Assembly (NCBI RefSeq): GCF_964355755.1
Contig: NC_092670.1
Location: 7,058,201-7,122,200 of the forward strand
DNA: 64,000 nucleotides
Direction: 5' to 3'
Source of the DNA: Antedon mediterranea
Taxonomy: Eukaryota > Animalia > Echinodermata
Of this stretch, positions 63,101 to 64,000 are shown piece after piece. The translations under genes were made by a program, and so were the position numbers. Within the stretch, counting starts at the first letter, position 1, and each line of letters starts with the position of its first letter. Under the pieces are notes generated by a model, which saw nothing but the letters and a program-made list of their open reading frames with translations, searched no databases and was not told the origin of the DNA.

Positions 63101-63249
63101 GTAATTCAACGGGTTTGAACACATCTAAAAAAGTTCCTGAGTTTTCATCGAACCAAACAAGTTCAGATTTTAGAAATTATACAAATAGCAACCAGGTATC
63201 CTTTGGCAAATCTTCAAATGTTTCTAATGACTTAAGTTATCGGAGATAA
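2031..63249 (+). CDS. Giant HYR-repeat adhesion GPCR, 52 exons in window, 5'-partial: CUB-(HYR)x37-EGF-Ig-SEA-HRM-GAIN/GPS-7TM, ~4,130 aa
   Basis: Exons listed below have ag/gt boundaries (one gc donor) with compatible phases and join into one open frame ending TAA at 63247-63249. Diagnostic GPS motif [26 protein letters not shown] and class-B2 7TM are present. No signal-peptide exon found, so the start lies upstream. Confidence 0.88.
2700..3660 (+). mobile_element. Decayed 3' fragment of a non-LTR retrotransposon (C-terminal Cys/His knuckle region and 3' UTR)
   Basis: ORF 2799-3095 [27 protein letters not shown] resembles LINE ORF2 C-termini; ~100-bp tandem duplication in the tail (3380-3640). 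Confidence 0.45.
3710..5180 (-). mobile_element. Penelope-like element, 5'-truncated and frameshifted (RT + GIY-YIG endonuclease)
   Basis: [26 protein letters not shown]; [20 protein letters not shown]; [21 protein letters not shown]. Confidence 0.92.
3745..3790 (-). ncRNA. Minimal hammerhead-ribozyme-like motif in the Penelope 3' repeat (core degenerate)
   Basis: Minus strand CTGATGA-a-GGGC-tagtgtt-GCCC-GACAC; canonical core is GAAAC. Confidence 0.55.
5221..5472 (+). CDS. aGPCR exon: HYR repeat 1
   Basis: [49 protein letters not shown]; phase 1-1. Confidence 0.9.
6429..6713 (+). CDS. aGPCR exon: HYR repeat 2
   Basis: [37 protein letters not shown]; phase 1-1. Confidence 0.88.
7378..7626 (+). 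CDS. aGPCR exon: HYR repeat 3
   Basis: [30 protein letters not shown]; phase 1-1. Confidence 0.88.
7810..8320. repeat. Dispersed repeat homologous to the interior of the Helitron at ~57110-57600
   Basis: Shared colinear blocks gggaggtgcttattcgagg, ggtaacatttataatcaaat, aagaataacaaatgcttggtaaattgta, ataccatcctaat, aagaaagaagac. Confidence 0.75.
10034..10330 (+). pseudogene. Degenerate HYR pseudo-exon
   Basis: tag|AT ATT GAG GCT CCA (DIEAP) followed by in-frame TGA; residual TTDNV motif downstream; 3' end approximate. Confidence 0.5.
10554..10805 (+). CDS. aGPCR exon: HYR repeat 4 (close paralogue of HYR1)
   Basis: [30 protein letters not shown]; phase 1-1. Confidence 0.9.
11037..11321 (+). 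CDS. aGPCR exon: HYR repeat 5
   Basis: [31 protein letters not shown]; phase 1-1. Confidence 0.88.
11643..11742 (-). pseudogene. 5S rRNA pseudogene / 5S-derived fragment
   Basis: Minus strand tacggctttaccacgttgaaacaccggttctcgtcagatcactgaagttaagcaatgtagggcctggttag..gggaata matches the metazoan 5S consensus, with an internal deletion near box C. Confidence 0.8.
11902..12153 (+). CDS. aGPCR exon: HYR repeat 6
   Basis: [30 protein letters not shown]; phase 1-1. Confidence 0.85.
12742..12987 (+). CDS. aGPCR exon: HYR repeat 7
   Basis: [33 protein letters not shown]; phase 1-1. Confidence 0.9.
13140..15626. mobile_element. Non-autonomous Kolobok-like DNA transposon
   Basis: TTAA|AGATGTATTGTCCCCC ... 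GGGGGACAATACATCT|TTAA; RR..YY termini, TTAA target duplication, imperfect subterminal IR of ~100 bp; no transposase ORF. Confidence 0.8.
15674..15813 (+). pseudogene. Truncated HYR pseudo-exon
   Basis: tag|[29 protein letters not shown].. then loss of similarity and TAG stop. Confidence 0.65.
16062..16304 (+). CDS. aGPCR exon: HYR repeat 8 (block exon A1)
   Basis: [29 protein letters not shown]; phase 1-1. Confidence 0.88.
16400..16648 (+). CDS. aGPCR exon: HYR repeat 9 (B1)
   Basis: [29 protein letters not shown]; phase 1-1. Confidence 0.88.
16952..17209 (+). CDS. aGPCR exon: HYR repeat 10 (C1)
   Basis: [34 protein letters not shown]; phase 1-1. Confidence 0.88.
17414..17656 (+). CDS. aGPCR exon: HYR repeat 11 (D1)
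   Basis: [31 protein letters not shown]; phase 1-1. Confidence 0.88.
17816..18058 (+). CDS. aGPCR exon: HYR repeat 12 (A2, chimeric)
   Basis: Copy of the A exon at +1754 bp; phase 1-1. Confidence 0.85.
18154..18402 (+). CDS. aGPCR exon: HYR repeat 13 (B2)
   Basis: Near-identical to 16400-16648. Confidence 0.85.
18706..18963 (+). CDS. aGPCR exon: HYR repeat 14 (C2)
   Basis: Same translation as 16952-17209. Confidence 0.85.
19168..19410 (+). CDS. aGPCR exon: HYR repeat 15 (D2)
   Basis: Same translation as 17414-17656. Confidence 0.85.
19570..19812 (+). CDS. aGPCR exon: HYR repeat 16 (A3)
   Basis: [20 protein letters not shown]; phase 1-1. Confidence 0.88.
19900..20151 (+). CDS. aGPCR exon: HYR repeat 17 (B3, diverged)
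   Basis: [23 protein letters not shown]; phase 1-1. Confidence 0.88.
20225..20740 (+). mobile_element. 5'-truncated LINE remnant (CR1 group), 3' end
   Basis: Residual C-terminus [22 protein letters not shown]; tail aataaatgaaatgaaatga(A)n. Confidence 0.55.
20911..21168 (+). CDS. aGPCR exon: HYR repeat 18 (C3, diverged)
   Basis: [25 protein letters not shown]; phase 1-1. Confidence 0.88.
21442..21684 (+). CDS. aGPCR exon: HYR repeat 19
   Basis: [33 protein letters not shown]; phase 1-1. Confidence 0.88.
22093..22332 (+). CDS. aGPCR exon: HYR repeat 20
   Basis: [30 protein letters not shown]; phase 1-1. Confidence 0.88.
22437..24823 (-). mobile_element. Non-autonomous Helitron
   Basis: Minus strand A|TCTATATATAAA ... 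hairpin atggtacgcgagcgaagcgagcgtaccat then TTAG|T; no TSD; internal partial duplicate of the 5' region at ~22965-23045. Confidence 0.75.
25276..25518 (+). CDS. aGPCR exon: HYR repeat 21
   Basis: [35 protein letters not shown]; phase 1-1. Confidence 0.88.
25799..26044 (+). CDS. aGPCR exon: HYR repeat 22
   Basis: [35 protein letters not shown]; phase 1-1. Confidence 0.88.
26229..26471 (+). CDS. aGPCR exon: HYR repeat 23
   Basis: [29 protein letters not shown]; phase 1-1. Confidence 0.88.
26722..26967 (+). CDS. aGPCR exon: HYR repeat 24
   Basis: [31 protein letters not shown]; phase 1-1. Confidence 0.88.
27290..30800 (-). mobile_element. CR1-clade LINE (APE + RT), decayed, interrupted by a nested insertion
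   Basis: YCPP..VGDLN..TRP..IDLVFTN..SDH; PGPD..NYRP; [21 protein letters not shown]; [14 protein letters not shown]. Confidence 0.9.
28604..29402 (+). mobile_element. Helentron-associated (HINE/DINE-1-like) non-autonomous element nested in the CR1 RT
   Basis: Two (GACA/GACC)n tetranucleotide microsatellites, terminal stem-loop agtcgc-ttccac-gcgact, A/T-run insertion site; splits the RT motif DVIF/..YSKAFD. Confidence 0.7.
31221..31466 (+). CDS. aGPCR exon: HYR repeat 25
   Basis: [35 protein letters not shown]; phase 1-1. Confidence 0.85.
31766..32014 (+). CDS. aGPCR exon: HYR repeat 26 (paralogue of HYR3)
   Basis: [33 protein letters not shown]; phase 1-1. Confidence 0.88.
32299..32541 (+). 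CDS. aGPCR exon: HYR repeat 27
   Basis: [29 protein letters not shown]; phase 1-1. Confidence 0.88.
32781..33026 (+). CDS. aGPCR exon: HYR repeat 28
   Basis: [24 protein letters not shown]; phase 1-1. Confidence 0.88.
33492..33743 (+). CDS. aGPCR exon: HYR repeat 29
   Basis: [32 protein letters not shown]; phase 1-1. Confidence 0.88.
34022..34267 (+). CDS. aGPCR exon: HYR repeat 30
   Basis: [29 protein letters not shown]; phase 1-1. Confidence 0.88.
34466..34708 (+). CDS. aGPCR exon: HYR repeat 31
   Basis: [25 protein letters not shown]; phase 1-1. Confidence 0.88.
35417..35677 (+). CDS. aGPCR exon: HYR repeat 32
   Basis: [29 protein letters not shown]; phase 1-1. Confidence 0.88.
35880..36500. 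repeat. Minisatellite, ~35-bp unit gtaacctccacagcaacgtaaccaccaacaatgg(c/t)
   Basis: Tandem imperfect units; reverse complement present at ~53355-53820. Confidence 0.9.
36684..37507. mobile_element. PIF/Harbinger-like MITE nested in LTR copy 1
   Basis: TIR AGCCCCTTTCTCACAGA / TCTGTGAGAAAGGGGCT; absent from copy 2; imperfect 3-bp TSD. Superfamily is inferred. Confidence 0.7.
38055..38320 (+). mobile_element. Possible decayed tRNA-derived SINE
   Basis: A-box-like tgggtaatggt and B-box-like gggttcaaaacc at tRNA-like spacing; boundaries approximate. Confidence 0.3.
38452..38694 (+). CDS. aGPCR exon: HYR repeat 33
   Basis: [25 protein letters not shown]; phase 1-1. Confidence 0.88.
39208..39459 (+). 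CDS. aGPCR exon: HYR repeat 34
   Basis: [30 protein letters not shown]; phase 1-1. Confidence 0.88.
39662..39910 (+). CDS. aGPCR exon: HYR repeat 35 (C-type paralogue)
   Basis: [31 protein letters not shown]; phase 1-1. Confidence 0.88.
40043..40285 (+). CDS. aGPCR exon: HYR repeat 36
   Basis: [25 protein letters not shown]; phase 1-1. Confidence 0.88.
40410..40649 (+). CDS. aGPCR exon: HYR repeat 37 (GC donor)
   Basis: [27 protein letters not shown]; donor AG|gcaagt gives 240 nt, phase 1-1. Confidence 0.82.
41028..41141 (+). CDS. aGPCR exon: EGF-like domain
   Basis: [35 protein letters not shown] (6 Cys); too short for the ORF track; phase 1-1. Confidence 0.9.
41464..41730 (+). CDS. aGPCR exon: Ig-like domain
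   Basis: VTFEC..WRWYKDD..LTLNEV..NQGYYYC; phase 1-1. Confidence 0.88.
41951..42050. repeat. 33-bp minisatellite, left part (3 units)
   Basis: (taacactcagacatacgtgttaatgccatgtaa)n. Confidence 0.92.
42524..43603 (-). pseudogene. DIRS tyrosine recombinase, truncated at ILKHIG* before the catalytic Tyr
   Basis: [12 protein letters not shown]; ALTSGQR; HSTRAASAS; the expected GW reads GGT TAG. Confidence 0.88.
43243..45429 (-). pseudogene. DIRS RT - RNase H - adenine-methyltransferase-like ORF (interrupted near 44836-44866)
   Basis: SPIF..PKK..YRVI.NLK.LN..HFKM; YQF.ALPMGL..SPRVFTK; YIDD; DAS..GWGA; INILE; SDN; DLFAS..DAF..W..YVFPPF. Confidence 0.9.
45315..46316 (-). pseudogene. DIRS gag-like ORF1 (split into 46083-46316 and 45315-45983)
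   Basis: [35 protein letters not shown]; RG-rich C-terminus. Confidence 0.8.
47133..48200. mobile_element. Mutator-like (MULE) non-autonomous element
   Basis: ~90-bp TIRs GGGTGTCACGAAAGCTCA.. with internal cacgaaagct repeats; 10-bp near-perfect TSD GGTAGAATAA/GGTAGAAGAA. Confidence 0.8.
48208..48606. repeat. 33-bp minisatellite, right part (~12 units)
   Basis: Same unit as 41951-42050, no spacers. Confidence 0.92.
48943..49055 (+). CDS. aGPCR exon: SEA domain, N-terminal half
   Basis: [27 protein letters not shown]; phase 1-0. Confidence 0.75.
49288..54021 (+). mobile_element. Solo-LTR-like element copy 2, split by a LINE
   Basis: ATAT|TGTAAT...GTTACA|ATAT; reverse complement of 35682-37914; AATAAA at ~49571. 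Confidence 0.75.
49893..53343 (+). mobile_element. L2/Crack/CR1-group LINE with 2A-like peptide, PHD finger, APE and RT; frameshifted; A-rich tail
   Basis: [11 protein letters not shown]; [20 protein letters not shown]; HLNVRSL..SESWL..GGGV..YRPP..GDFN..SDH; [28 protein letters not shown]; breaks at ~51150, ~51510, ~52540; TTAA duplicated at the junctions. Confidence 0.92.
54098..54299 (+). CDS. aGPCR exon: SEA domain, C-terminal half
   Basis: [15 protein letters not shown] (GSVxV-type motif); phase 0-1. Confidence 0.8.
54443..54544 (+). CDS. aGPCR exon: hormone-receptor-motif (HRM)-like, part 1
   Basis: [22 protein letters not shown]; phase 1-1. Confidence 0.7.
54849..54976 (+). CDS. aGPCR exon: HRM-like part 2 / start of GAIN
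   Basis: [27 protein letters not shown]; phase 1-0. Confidence 0.75.
55500..55649 (+). CDS. aGPCR exon: GAIN subdomain A
   Basis: [24 protein letters not shown]; phase 0-0. Confidence 0.8.
55767..56133 (+). CDS. aGPCR exon: GAIN domain
   Basis: [35 protein letters not shown]; phase 0-1. Confidence 0.85.
56348..56523 (+). CDS. aGPCR exon: GAIN subdomain B
   Basis: [32 protein letters not shown]; phase 1-0. Confidence 0.85.
56990..58303 (-). mobile_element. Non-autonomous Helitron (related family)
   Basis: Minus strand A|TCTATATATAAATT ... hairpin around gagcgaagcgagc then CTAG|T. Confidence 0.75.
58434..58598 (+). CDS. aGPCR exon: GPS autoproteolysis motif and tethered-agonist (Stachel) peptide
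   Basis: [33 protein letters not shown]; phase 0-0. Confidence 0.95.
58881..58999 (+). CDS. aGPCR exon: TM1
   Basis: [21 protein letters not shown]; phase 0-2. Confidence 0.9.
59556..59818 (+). CDS. aGPCR exon: TM2-TM3 and start of TM4
   Basis: [41 protein letters not shown]; phase 2-1. Confidence 0.92.
60214..61963. mobile_element. Non-autonomous TIR DNA transposon with 4-bp TSD (Sola-like, inferred)
   Basis: CTTT|GTGACCTGCTCTGGCAAAGTGAAACATAAGTCG ... CGAGTTATGTTTCACTATGCCAGAGCAGGTCAC|CTTT; internal (taggccta/ctag)-rich tract 61060-61350. Confidence 0.75.
62308..62377 (+). CDS. aGPCR exon: TM4 / extracellular loop 2
   Basis: [18 protein letters not shown]; phase 1-2. Confidence 0.85.
62667..63249 (+). 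CDS. aGPCR terminal exon: TM5-TM7 and Ser-rich cytoplasmic tail
   Basis: [46 protein letters not shown]; stop TAA. Confidence 0.92.
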
Positions 63250-64000
63250 CAATTCAACACATACAAACAAAAACCTGTTTTCACCCCTTCCTTCCCTTCA
63301 GATACCTGATAACCGCAATTTTACTCCTTTTAAAGTATTGTTAATGTTTTTATAAAGCCGTTTTTGTTTTAATAGCCTCCATTCTTTCTCCGTAATAATT
63401 TTAATGATATTTATAATTGAAAATTCCTCATTTTCTTCCTCAAATATTCCTCATTAATTATAATAGATAATAATCAATGTGTTTAGCTTTTCTAAAAAAT
63501 ATAATGAACATTTGTATAATATGTGCACTTATTACGTTATTATTACTATTGTAATGTATTATGATATAAATATATAAACATTATCTTCCAATGTATAATA
63601 TTTTAGTTAAATTATATATTGGTATCATTATTATGTCTTATTTTAATAGTGCTTTTGCGCTTCACATTATTACTCGGAATCACATAATGTATATTGACAT
63701 GCTCCTAAGTATAATTATATATCTGTATATACAATTACTATAAAACGATATTTTACCAAAAATGTTTAAGTTACATTATTCAGATTTTATAATTATTATA
63801 TTGTACCAACATTTTATTAATAACTTACTATTCTGTATTACATATACGCTATTTTTGATAATCAGTTTTAATTAGAATTATAGAATGCTGTTTCACCTGA
63901 TAACAAACCTCCTAAAGACATGTTTGTTGTTTTTGCTTTTTTAATGAATTTTAAGATATATATATATATGAGATATTAAGACATGGATTAGACAGACATG

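Overview
AT-rich animal genomic DNA, probably a marine invertebrate deuterostome such as an echinoderm (inferred from the HYR-rich receptor and the transposon spectrum). One + strand, multi-exon gene spans almost the whole window (2031-63249) and is incomplete at its 5' end. By hand I spliced 52 exons into one open frame of about 4,130 codons encoding a giant adhesion GPCR: CUB, 37 single-exon HYR (hyalin) repeats, EGF, Ig, SEA, hormone-receptor motif, GAIN/GPS and 7TM. The CUB, HYR, EGF and Ig exons are all symmetric phase 1-1. The HYR array shows exon birth (a recent 1,754-bp four-exon tandem duplication with a chimeric exon, plus older paralogues) and exon death (pseudo-exons). The introns hold many mobile elements, often nested: Penelope with a hammerhead-like motif, a near-complete DIRS1-type retrotransposon, CR1/L2-group LINEs (one with a 2A-like peptide and PHD finger), two inverted solo-LTR-like copies, Helitron/Helentron derivatives, Kolobok-, MULE-, Harbinger- and Sola-like non-autonomous elements, and a 5S rRNA pseudogene. 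Exon coordinates come from reading frame and splice consensus only; there is no transcript evidence.
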